A stretch of 63,975 nucleotides of DNA, the filler included, from Jimgerdemannia flammicorona (taxonomy: Eukaryota): the NCBI GenBank assembly GCA_003990765.1. It is 3 parts of 3 records of this genome, joined end to end, with 100 filler letters (N's around TTAATTAATTAA, not from the genome) between each part and the next. Parts side by side here need not be neighbours in the genome. Positions count along the whole stretch, not along the records: positions 42,720 to 63,975 come from RBNJ01001495.1; 2 more parts are not named here. One strand, 5' to 3'. Below are positions 52,290-63,975 of this stretch, in pieces. The position numbers were made by a program, and so were the translations under genes. The notes below the pieces were generated by a model that saw nothing but the letters and a program-made list of their open reading frames with translations, did not search any database and had not been told where the DNA came from. The number at the start of each line of letters is the position of its first letter. Position 1 is the first letter of the stretch.

Positions 52290-52949
52290 GATAATTATAA
52301 TATTCAGGAGGGTAATATATAGTATATACTGATAGGTGTGGAGTATTCAGTTTTAGTTGTTCAAGGAATTATATTTCTGAACTAAGTCAGTAGTATTCTG
52401 GAGGTTGGTCTTAGGTTCCTAGGTTGCATTGTGGATTAGATAATCTTTCCATTTGACAAGGTACTCAGGGTGGTTCTTGTGGCCATGTTTGTTGAGGATT
52501 TGTTCAACTTCATATTCTTCTTGGTCATTGATAATGACAGGTGCAGGTAGTTCTGTGGTTTGGTTTGGAAATAGCTCATTGTCATTTTCATTATATTACT
52601 TGAGACATTGGACATTAAAGACTGAGTGAATCCTAATAGTGTTTGGTAGCACCAATTTGTAGAAAGTGGGAGAGACTTGTGCAATGACTTTGAATGGTCC
52701 AATAAACTTACTATTTAGCTTTGTAGATGGTCTGTGCTTGAGGTTGTCAACTTGGTATCCTTGGATGTCTAGTAGAACTTCTTCTCCAATATCAAAATTC
52801 TCTTCTCAGTAGTGTTGGTTGACATACTGTGACTGATGTTCTTGAGCTTGTGACAAATTCTTGATTACAATCTGGCTTAGATTATGCATTCAGAGCAGGA
52901 ATTCTTCAATAGCTTCAACTGTGGAGAATTCATCAGTAGTTTGGATAAG

Positions 52950-55900
52950 TGTAACAGTTTTAGTTTCTAAATGAGGAAGTGACTAGTTCTGGTGATTCTA
53001 AGTAGCTCGAAGAGATACTTAAGGATTCAAGTGTTCTTGAAGGATTTCTGAGAGAAAATATTCTGAGACTTTATTCATGAGAACAAAGGGAATATTTATA
53101 CAAGATCTGAAAGAAGAATCTGGAAGAATCTGAGAAATTAAAGGAAAATGCCAAGAGAAAAGTTCTTGGCAAAGATGACAAATGATGACAAATAAAGTTC
53201 TACAAGTTTCCAGGACATTCAGTAACTAGATAAATAAGTACTAGTGGATGCTCAGCACCAAGAAAGAATTTCTAAGTGTTCAGAAAGTACTAGAAGATTG
53301 TAGAATATTGAGAAAAGATAAAGAAAAGAAATAAACTATGCTAAAATATTACATCTCCCTCTCCTTAAGAATCAATGTCCTCATTGAATTCTCAAAGTTA
53401 CACATAATAAACAATAAGACTAAAAGAAACTTCAAACAAAATATATCAGCTCATTGGCAAGGACTGGCCATTCTTGTATAAGGCAAGGGCCAAAGTATCA
53501 TCTTGATCAGATGAGAACTGATTCAAACCTCATTTATTACAAGATTTATAGGGTTCTTCTATATCTCTTGTTTCTGATGCTGTATCCTTTAGAGTGCCCT
53601 GATGCTTAATGTGCCTGATCAGCACAGTATGTCATCTACTATCTAAGGGGAGAACCTCATGGGCAGTCAATGAGTTCCTTTTTACTCAAACTCTTGGATG
53701 AGGTCTTGAGAGTTCTTGAGATTGGTGGTGAGTTCTCAGGTAGTGTCATATTCAGGGTAACCCATCCACTTGACTAGGTATTCTGTGTGATGGTATCAGA
53801 CTTATTTGTCTAAGATTTTCTTGACTTCATACTCGATATGGTCTTCAACTATCACTGGTGCTGATGGTATCAGAATTCAGCCAGGATATAGAGATGACTG
53901 GTTCCAGGCCTTGGGTTGTGACACATGGAATACTGGGTATATATGCATGGTTGTTGGCAAGTTGAGGCAGTAAGATCAGGTGGAGACTTACTCAGTGATC
54001 TCAAAGAGTCCAAGATACTTGGGCTGGAATTTAGCTGACTGGCAGTTGACGTGAGATTGAGCCTTGATGTTGTTAGCTTTGAGTAGAACTATATCACCAA
54101 TGTTATATATAACTTCTCACTGCTTCTTATCTATATACTTAGCTTGATGTTACTGAGCCTTTTACAGATTTGTAGTGGTGATCTTGAGAAGAGAATCCAT
54201 TTTGTCGATAAGGTTCTGAGCTGTGGGAACTTGTGTATGACTGAATTACTGGAATGAGACTAGGCTTGCAGGGGTTTCAGGGTCTTGACCATGAAGTAGC
54301 TGAAATGGGGAAAGGCCAGTTGATAATTAGATGATATTATTATAGATGAACTCGGCATAGGTCAGATAGTGGTCCCAATTATCTTGCTCATAAGATATGT
54401 AGTTTCTGAGCATTTGTTCAAGTATTCTGCTCATTCACTCAGTCTGTCCATCAGTTTGAGGGTGGAAGGCAGTGGACATAGTAATTTGGGTTCCAAGGGT
54501 CTTGAAGAGTACTTGCCAGAAGTGGCTTGTAAACTTGGGGTCATAGTCACTAATAATTACTCAGGGAAGTCCATAATGGTGGAAGATAGTCTTGAAGAAG
54601 ATTCTTGCAATTTCTGGGGCAGTGGCATTGGTTGTGGTTGGCTCGGCGATTGTAATCTTGGTGAGATGGTCTACAAATACAACAATAGCATCATAGCCTA
54701 TTTTGGTTTGTGGGAGTTGCACAATAAAGTCCATTGTGACTTGTTTGAACTTCTTGGTTGAAATTGGCAAGGGTTGTAGAAGACCATCGAGTGCTTGGTT
54801 GCTTGACTTGTTTCTTTGGCAAAGATTGCAGCTTTGGACATATATACTCCTTGATTTCCTTGAGCATGTTTGGCCAGTAGTAGTCTCATTAGATATTTTT
54901 GATGGTCTTCTCAGTTCCAAGGTGACCAGCTAGTGGGGAGTCATGATGTTCATGAAGAATCTTATACTATAGTTCAGGGTTAGCAGGAATATATACTTTG
55001 TCTTGATAGTACACGAGGTTATCCTTGATGGTGTACTTTTTCTTTATTCTTTTGTAGAACCAGAGAGTCTTGTTTGTATGCCTTCTTGATCTGATTGAGG
55101 AATTCAGGTGCCATGGTGACTTGTAAAATTGCAGCAAGGTTAGGTCTTTTTGAAAGTATATCTGGTACAACTAGAGTTTTATCAGGCTTATAGATGATAT
55201 TTGGGATAAAGGTCTGAAGTAGTTGACTCCACTTAGCTTGTTGGCAAGAAAGGGTTGGTTGAGTATTGATGTACTGAAGGGATCTGTGATTAGTGATCAC
55301 ATCAAACTCAACTCCTTCTAGGTATATTGTCAAGTCTTGAGGGCATGCATGATTACCAGGAGTTCCTTTTCATGAGTAGCCAGCTTTTGTTCTGTGGGGG
55401 ACAATTTTCTTGACTCAAAGGCAATAGGTCAGTGTCCTTGACCATCATCTTGAGAAATGACTGCACCAATGGCAAAGTTAGATACATCTGTTGTGACCAT
55501 GAGCTTCAAGTTTGAGTCCATGTTTCTAAGAACAGATGCATGGGTCAGGTGGTTCTTGAGTTCTTGAAAAGCTTGTTGACAGAAAGTATCCCAGATGTAG
55601 GGGACATAGAGGTCAGAGTTGGGTTCCTTTTGCAGGAGGTTTGTCAAATATTCTGCAATATCAGAGAAGTTCTTGACAAATCGACAATAGTATCCAGCCA
55701 GACCAAGGAAGGACCTGAGTTCAGTGAGGTTTGCTGGTACAGGCCACTGTTTGATGGCTTGTATTTTCCTTGGGTCTACTTGAATTCTTTTGGCTGATAC
55801 AATGTGTCCAAGGTATTTAACTTGATCCTTGAAAAATTCACATTTCTTGAGCTTTACATAGAGCTTGTTCTCATGGAGGATCTTGAGGACTTGTTTGATG

Positions 55901-58900
55901 TACTTGAGATGTTCTTCTTCAGTGCTACTAAAGATCAGGATGTCATCAATATACAAGTACAAAGATATAGAGCTGATCCTTGAAGACAGTTTATATGAGA
56001 TCTTGAAAGGTTGCTAGTACATTGGTGAGACCAAAGGCCATAACTAGAAATTCATAGAGTCTGAAGGGTATCATAAAGGCAGTCTTGGGTATGTCTTCTG
56101 GCTTGATTCAAATTTGGTGATACCCAGAGGTGAGATCAATCTTGGTGAAGTACATACTTTGTATTTTTGAGAGTATCAAAGATTTGATCTATGAGCAGTA
56201 GTGGATAATGGTTCTTGACTGTGATCTTGTTGAGTGCTCGGTAGTCTATGTACATTTGTAGAGTATCATCCTTATTCTTGACAAATAGGACTGGGGAGCC
56301 AAAGGGTGACTTGCTTGCCTGAATGGCTCCTTGCTCAATGAGTTCATTGAGTTCCTTCTTGACTGCTTCAATTTCGAGTAGAGACATACAGTACATTTTC
56401 TTCTTAGGTATAGCTGCATCAGGTATCAACTTGATTTTGTGGTCATAGTCTCTTGAAGGTGGTAGACCAGGTAGTTTGTCTGAGAAGACATCCTTATACT
56501 TGTTCAGCAGTAACTTGATGCTTTCACTAATTGATAGCTTCTTGTCTTCTTTCTTTAGTCAGATCAGTGCTACAAAAGCACAGGTAGCTTTCTTGAGGGC
56601 CTTCTTGAACTGAATTGCCGAAAGGGTAGCAATTGGGGTTCTTGTCTGAGTCTTGTCTAGCTTGATGGTAATATTGGCTCCATTCTGAATCAAGGTGACT
56701 TCATTCTTGGTCCAATCAATCTGAGGGTTGTGTCGTGTAAGCCAGGGTTGGCCTAGGATCAGGTCATGGTCTCCTAGTGGTGCTACCTCGAAATCTAAAC
56801 ATTCCCAGTACTTCTGGATCTTGAGAGGGAGTTTAGTAGCAATTGAGTTGATTGGTAAGGTGGTGTCATCTGCAGTGATAACTCCACCATTCTTGCTAGC
56901 TGGCTTGGTGAGAATCTTGAGCTTATCAATGAGGTTCTTGTTGATGAAGTTCCCAATAGCTCCACTATCTATGAGAATATCTAGCTCTTGTCCCTTGACT
57001 AGACCTTTGAAAATAAGCATTGAATTGGCTTGGTTCTCAGCTATACTTATAACTTTATCAGTGCTGCTAAAGCCTTTCTGATCTTGCTTGGTTGGAGATA
57101 GCTTAGTGACTTCTTTGATGACTGGTAGGGTGGCTCACTCCAGAATGAGCTATGCAATTCTGTCACCTTCATTGATGGTATATGGTTGGTTCTTATGGTT
57201 GGCTAGCAGGACTTACATATATTTCGCCTCAGAAGTCAGAGTCAATGACTCCAGCACCAACATCCAATGAGTGCTTGAAACTGAGGCCAGATCTTGGTGC
57301 AATTCTTACATAATGTTCTTTGGGGATTTCAACTGAAAGGCCAGTTGGAATGAGCCTTCTTTCATGTGCAGGAATAGTGACTTGTTGTACTGCTTAGAGG
57401 TCCAAACCAATGGCTCCTTCTAACTGTGCTTGGGGGATCTGGGCCTTAGGGTTGACTTGCATGAAATTGAGTACAACTTCTTGTTCAACTGGTTGACCTT
57501 GAGTGTCTTTAGATAGGACCAGAATCCTCTTTAGTTTGGCAGTTTTCTTGAGACATTTGGTTGCAATGTGACCAGGCTGATAGTAAAAGAAGCAGGCTCC
57601 AGCCTTCTTGAGGTGCTCCTTTTCCTTGGGTGTAAGCTTGCCTTTCTTGCTCTTGTTGATAGTGTCTAGGTCCATGGGGGCAGGTCCAACAGTTCTGACT
57701 TTGGGTTCTCCCTTTTGTGGTTGTTGTTGAAAGGCAGTCTCTTCTGTTCAAAGCAGTGACCATAGGTGATGACATCAAACCTATCACCAATCTTCATTGC
57801 TGTATCTAGGTCCTTGGATTCTTCTAGTTTGACATGAACTCAGGTTTGACCTTTCAGACCTCAGATGTACTTGTTGACCTTCTCATCTTCAGTGATATGT
57901 GGTAATTCTAGCAGGATTGACAGGAATTGTGCATTGTATGCTTGCAAAGACTTAAGTTATTTGACATTTGCCAGATGGTCTCGCACAGTCTTGGTGCTGT
58001 TGACTGGTTTGAATTGGCCTTGAACAGCATCAGAGAATTCATTCCAGGTCCTGATCTGGCCAGCAAATCTGGTATTCTGGATATGGTTTTGCCACCAGAT
58101 TGCAGTATTCCCTTAGAGGAGTGTGGTGGCAAATTGGACTAGTGTTGCTTCTTCTAAATTGGTTAGTTCTCCATATTGTTCTAATTGGAAAAGCCAGGCA
58201 TCAGTAGACAGTCCTCCTCTTTGACCATCAAAAGTGTCAGGCTTCTGAGGCTTGATAGTAACTGCTGTTAGATGTATTGATGTCAGTAGAGGTGCAGAGG
58301 TATGAGCAGGGGCCTTGCTTTCCTTTCTTTCTATACATTCTTAAAGTTGAGCAATTTGAGCTAATGTGGTCTGCAAAAGACTCTTGATGGCCCTGGTTGA
58401 CTGAGTAGGGTTTTGCTGTTCCTCTTCTTCTTGCTGATTGTATGAGGCATTGCCTGGACTGTAGGTACTGTATGAAGGATTCCACTCATTGTCCTCCATA
58501 GTGTTGTGACTGATATCTTGAGAGATGTCTTGATAAGGCTAGGTGTAACTTAACTGCTGCTACCAAGTGTAATGGTTCTAGTTTCTAAATGAGGAAGCGA
58601 CTAGTTCTGGTGGTTCTAAGTAGCTTGAAGAGATACTAAGGATTCAAGTATTCTTAAAGAATTTCTGAGAGAAAATATTCTGAGACTTTATTTATGAGAA
58701 CAAAGGGGATATTTATACAAGATCTGAAAGAAGGATCCAGAAGGATCTGAGAAATCAAAGAAAAATGCCAAGAGAAAAGTTCTTAGCAAAGATGACAAAT
58801 GATGATAAATAAAGTTCTATAAGTTTCCAGGATATTCAGTGACTAGCTAAATAAGTACTAGTGGATGCTCAGCACCAAGAAAGGATTTCTAAGTGTTTGA

Positions 58901-58970
58901 AAAGTACTGGAAGATTGTAGAATATTGAGAAAAGACAAAGAAAAGAAATAAACTACACTAAAATGTTACA
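52950..58970 (-). mobile_element. Full-length Ty3/Gypsy chromovirus-like family C (6.0 kb)
   Basis: LTRs 52950-53353 and 58568-58970. 5-bp TSD ATAAG (52945-52949, 58971-58975). PBS TGGTAGCAGCAG, PPT. gag PMDLD, dUTPase, LIDSGA, YIDD, TTDVS, INT, chromodomain. Confidence 0.95.
57060..57470 (-). pseudogene. dUTPase domain (family C), between gag and PR
   Basis: [36 protein letters not shown]. Confidence 0.9.
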
Positions 58971-59869
58971 ATAAGTGTCAGAGGGGTGTTTGGGTTTTGT
59001 TCAGTATTGATGAAGAATGGGGTCATTCCAAGAGAGGCTTGCTTGCTGTTGTTGTAGGCAAACTCAACTGCAGTGAGGTGTTCATACTAATCATCTTGTC
59101 TGTAGGAAACATAGTTCCTTAGCATTTGTTCCAGAGTTTGGTTCATTCTTTCAATTTGGCCATCAGTTTCAGGGTGAAATGCTGTGGATAGTGCAAGTTT
59201 TGTTCCAAGGTATGCATGGAGGGCTTTCCAAAAATAGCTAGTGAATTTCAGATCTCAGTCACTGGAGCTGAGTGGGTCCTTTTCACCTTGCAGTTTGAAG
59301 TTATGGTATCCTTTCTTGATGGTCAGAGAATGGTTTACCCAGTCAATCATGGGGTTCTCTTGTTTTAACCATGGAGTCCCAAGGATGATTTCATTATCAG
59401 GGAGTAGTACAATCTGGAGGGTAATATGTACTTGGTAGTCATCAATTCGGAAGGGCAGGTTGCAGACTTCCTTGCTAATGATATGGGAAGTTCCATCAGC
59501 TGTGGTAACTGCTTGAGTTTATTGTACTGGAGAGGTGAAGACCTTGAGTCTGTTGGCTGTTTCTTCATTGATGAAATTGCCTGAGGCACTACTGTCTATC
59601 ATAATCTTGACAGATGCTCAGTTGACAAAAGCTTGAAGTGTAAGTAGTTTGTCTGATCTAATGGTGGTAATTTCAGTTATAGGAGCTTTTCTTCTATTGG
59701 TTCTTCTTTGAGCCAGTTCATTGATACAAGAGAAGCAATCATCAATCATTCAAGAAGAGTACATTCCAATGCCATAGGGGTATCGGCCACTTAGTACATA
59801 TCTATCTTTAATTTTCTTATAGAATTGTTCTTCTTTGTTCATAGTAGGTTGGGCTGGGGTTTTGTTTGA

Positions 59870-60280
59870 TGAGCCAAATCCTTTGGATCCTTGGATAGTG
59901 GGTAGTAGTTCAGGAACTTCCTTGACTGTCAGAGTTGACTCGATTTTCTCAAATAGAATCTGGGTGATACAGAAACCAATAGGGATCTTGAAGGGTGTCC
60001 AACTATGGTTTCAGATGAGGATAATAATTTCACCTATATAATCTTTGTCAATGACTCCTCCTTCTACTGAGAGTCCTTTCAATGCTAGGCTGCTGCAACA
60101 GCATATTCTTCCAACATGTCCTTCAGGGATTTGGATACTGATTCCTGTATAGACTTACTTGACTTTTTGGTTGAAAACTATAGCTTCTTTGGCTGCATAC
60201 AGGTCATATCCAGCTGCCTTTTGACTTCCTTTGGTTGGGGCCTTGGCAGTTTGCCTTAACTTGACAAAGTCCAGTGTTCT
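59870..60280 (-). pseudogene. dUTPase domain (family A), between gag and PR
   Basis: AAGYDLYA, TGISIQIP, SSLA, GGVIDKDYIGEI, GSKGFGSS. Confidence 0.9.
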
Positions 60281-63200
60281 GGTGGTCAGGTTATTGAGGT
60301 GGTGCAGAGTAGTAACAGTTGCTCATGTTACTGTTCGAGGTTTTCAGTTGGGGCAGGTACTGGCCATATGTCCTGTCTTTTGGCAATAGAAGCATGCTCT
60401 GCTTCTTTGAAGTTTATTCCTTTCTCCTTCAGTGAGTTTCTTAAAGGTGCTCAGCTGGGTGGGTTCATGATTTCTGGGTGTCCAAGAGGTGGATGTTGAG
60501 GGAGCTCAGGATGCTTCATACTTGGGTTCTTCTTTCTTGGTCCAAGTCTTTTCTTTGTTGTTGAATTGTCTTCAGGGCAGAATTGGTCCAGCTGTTAGGA
60601 TTTGCTTGACCATAGTCTTGATTCTTGCCAGGCACCATTTTTGGTGATTGCAATCAACTGGGTGGCCTTGTTCACAGATTTTTCTAGTAAGCCATTCAGG
60701 CAGTGCATTGAATAAATGGTCTGCTCTTGTACCATTTCATGCTTCATCATTGGCAATATATCCTAGGCCAATGGTGTTCAGAAGTGACTCAAGTTTTGTA
60801 CAGAAGGTTTTGAATTCTTCTTTACCATGTATATTGAATTTGAGGTTATGGAGTTTGACTCAAGATTCAGCAATCATAGTTTTACTGTATTGTTAAGCAA
60901 TCATAAGTGTTTGAATCCAGGGGCTGTAGGATGGGCTCTATATCCTGGGGCATTGTTTGCTGCATTTTGGGCAATAACTGCAGGTTGGGTATCCCATGTA
61001 AGGGGTTTTTCAGGAAGGGTTCACCACCATTCTTCAGCAGGTCCTCAGAAGAATATAACAACTTGGTGGACATAGGCTGTAGTGGTAGCAAAGAGTTGTT
61101 CCAGAGTGTGGTCTTGATTGTTTGTCAGAAGGTAGTCAGCAACTCACTCATTTGTCTATTGATTGGCTTCAAAGTTAGTATCAACTACACTAATGAAGCT
61201 TTGGACTTCTTATGCAGTACTATTGAAGGTAGGTAGGCTCAGATTTTTAGTTGGTCAGGTCTGTTCAGCTAAGGCAGTAATGGTTGCTGCCATTATGGCT
61301 ACCTGAGCTGTGAGATCTAGAATCTATTGGTTTGCCATGTTGTTTACTAGAGATGATTGGACTGCTGGTAGTGATGTTACTAGTACTACTTGAGGTACTG
61401 GTGCAGAGTGTGAGAGTGTTCTTTGAGTCTGTATAAGTTGCTGGAGTAGTAGTTGTGGGTCTGGAGTAAGGGCTTGATAGATAGCTGTTTGTTGCTGTGT
61501 AGGTGTATTCTATCCTGATGGAGGTGTGTCACCTTCAGTGGTATATCTGGGATTAAATTCACTGAGATACTCCTCCTTTTTTTCGGTTTGGTCTCCATGT
61601 AGTTGGGTTTGCTCAGCATTGAAGTAGACAGAATCAGTTGTATATTGGATTTCAGATAGACTTAATTCAAAGTCAAGTTCAGGTTCAGTATTGGTTTCAG
61701 ATTCAGGTAGAGCTGTAGCTGGGCCTGCTTCTGGTTTGGGGTCAGATTGTTGATGGAGAGTTTCTCTTGCTTCTTCCTTAAGAATATGGTGGACCTTGCT
61801 GTTCTGGAATCAGTAGTATAATGCAGTCTTAGTCCTGGTGTGGTGAAAATTGGTAGAGTTGAGCCACTTGGCTATAGAGGCTTGGGCTTCATGAGGGACT
61901 AAGGCTAGAAAGACTGCTGATGGTTGTCCTAGATTGCTCGGATTTGTGGAGCTGATAAAACTTTTGTTGAGAAGAGTAAAGAAGGCTTCTATAAGACCCT
62001 CTTTGTCTTGACTTGCAGGGTGTAGAGCGAGTTCAGTGAATAGGATTTCGCCTATTTGCTGATTTAATTGAAGTACTTCTTTCTTTAAATGAAGTTTGTC
62101 TCACTTGTTGCAGGTGTGGAGGTCAAATTGTCCTTATACATCAGGTTCAATTCTCTCCAGATTGTCAGATGGTTCAGGATAAATTCCAGTTCAGAGGTTG
62201 GGCTTTATACCAACTTGTAGGAATTCTCAGAGGGGTTTGTAGTGGGGTGAGGAAGTATCTTGAAGTGGAATTGGATTGTAAACTGCTGCTACTAAGTTGT
62301 AAGAGGGTTACTTGTTAGAGTAACTGTTATGTAGTTCTGGAAGGGTTTTCTGGAAGTTCTGGATATTCTGGAAGACTGTTTTCTTAAGGTCAAGATCAAT
62401 TTCATATGGAGTATATCCTCTATACTTATTGATTTCAAGATCAATTTGACATCTCAACCAAAGTCTCTTTTTTGGACTAGTTCTGGATGTTCAGGATTTT
62501 CCATATTTCAGGAAGTTCAAGAAACTAAGACCAGCTTAGTTGAATTAGCATATTGCTGCAGACAATACCCAATTAGAAAATTTCATGACAGGGTTAGGAG
62601 TGGAACTTAATGGGGAGCAGATTTACTTAAGAGTAGTTTGTGGGTTATTAAATAGGTTTATTCACTATTCATGATATTGCTATGCTAGAAGTATTTGTAT
62701 GAAGGGATATTGTGGGGAAGTGTTCAGGAGTGTTCTTGTATATTTGAGTCTGAGATTCTGAGGTCTGGGGGAGGGGGTATTTATACTAGTGAGAGACTAT
62801 CTGAGCTATGCTGAATATAGATATAGCACTTAGTACCTTGCTGAGTCAGAATACAGTCACATAGTATAAGTGTGATCTGATATGTCAAGAGATCGTCTGA
62901 CTGCTGAGTCAGTTCACAGTCATGTTATACAAGGCTAATCTAACTATGCTATAACTTACTAAGCTATTTATAGATTAGACACTGTCTGGGTAGTCTTTGA
63001 TGACATCATCTCTGATGAAGTAGTTGTCTAGAAAGAGTGGTTTGCAGATTAATTCTTCTTGTTTGCTGTGGTAGTAATACATTGGGACTTCATCACTATC
63101 CCACAGGATAGCATCATCTGTCTCATATGCTGAGTATGGAGTTGATAGGTGAAGGAGTGATGTATCATCTTTACTTTCATTTGATTCGCTGTCTGCATAT

Positions 63201-63490
63201 CTTTTATAGGTTATAGCACTATAAGTCATGGGGTTGTAGTAAGCTAGCAGCTGTGATTCATGTTGCTTGTACTCAGGTGGCAGAGTTGTTGGTTCGATCT
63301 TGAGAGTTGTCTAAAGGTACAGGATATGTTCTCCTGTCTCTTTGTTATAGTTGAAGTAATTGAGAGTAAATGTAAGTTAGTATTTATACCAGTAGTCATT
63401 GTCCCAATAGATCTCATAGGTAGTTATGAACTATTACAAGTTCATTGGCAAGGTTGGTGGGATGATCAGGATGGCAGAGATCCTTAGCTC

Positions 63491-63975
63491 ACAGACACCT
63501 TTCACCGGTAATATTCGGGTGACACAAACTTCAGGCAACACTTTCGACAACATTTTCAAGTCTTGGTGTTATTAACATGGCGAGCAACACGCACTCTGGT
63601 GAGCGTACTGGACAGGGGGGCCCCAGTGCCTTTGACTGGCAGCATGTGGGGGGGGGTCGAGGTGCTGGTATTGGTTTGCCGAGTGCTTCATTGAGGGGGC
63701 ACAGGGCCGGGAGTGGCGGCAGAGGAGGTGCAAGGCCACATGGAGAGGGGAGGATGACCTTCGCGGACAAGGTCAGGATGGGAAAGCAGGCGACTGGGCT
63801 GGATGGCTGGCTGGAGCTAGGAAAGGCGACTGCCACCACGAGTGGCAAGGAGGCCTCTCCACTGGAGGGTCAGCGTAGGGGGGCTGGAGGAGTAGGGGCT
63901 GAGGCAGTGACTGCTGATGGCGGTGTGACGGGCAATCTGGAAAAAAATCCAGATGTGACGGCTGATGAGGGACCT
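63491..63975 (+). mobile_element. Young L1/Tx1-like LINE 5' end; ORF1 open from 63577 to the window edge
   Basis: MASNTHSGERTGQGGPSAFDWQ...TFADKVR with no stops and CpGs retained. Interrupts LTR A copy 4. Confidence 0.85.

Larger units (their letters stand above)
49857..63490 (-). mobile_element. Family A element with both LTRs, internal RT-RH deletion and nested family C element
   Basis: 3' LTR 49857-51922 (ORF 50535-51632), PPT, chromodomain-INT 52360-59262 (split by C), PR, dUTPase, CCHC, gag, PBS 62285-62294, 5' LTR from 62298 cut by a LINE at ~63490. Confidence 0.88.

Overview
Eukaryotic, almost certainly fungal DNA. An early-diverging Mucoromycota-like host is my inference from gene and element style and is not proven. 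The window is three contigs joined by artificial N44-TTAATTAATTAA-N44 linkers. It contains one intact host gene, a 9-exon HEXXH-type peptidase M49 (DPP III/NUDT3-like) at 2748-5267 in a CpG-rich island. The rest is a nested transposon graveyard with heavy C>T/G>A decay: a Tc1/mariner-like DNA transposon, five Ty3/Gypsy LTR lineages (my labels A-E) and many L1/Tx1-like LINEs, several with clear target-site duplications (TSDs). The most unusual signal is the accessory-gene load of the Gypsy elements. (i) A homologous ~270-365 aa orphan ORF with its own TATA-like promoter sits inside the U3 of 1.3-2 kb LTRs in two families and just upstream of the PPT in a third. (ii) A second small ORF follows the chromodomain. 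(iii) Four lineages carry a dUTPase. (iv) A CxHx12Cx2C micro-domain lies between dUTPase and protease in two lineages. Repeats also show CpA>TpA (RIP-like) mutation on top of CpG loss. All alignments were made by eye.
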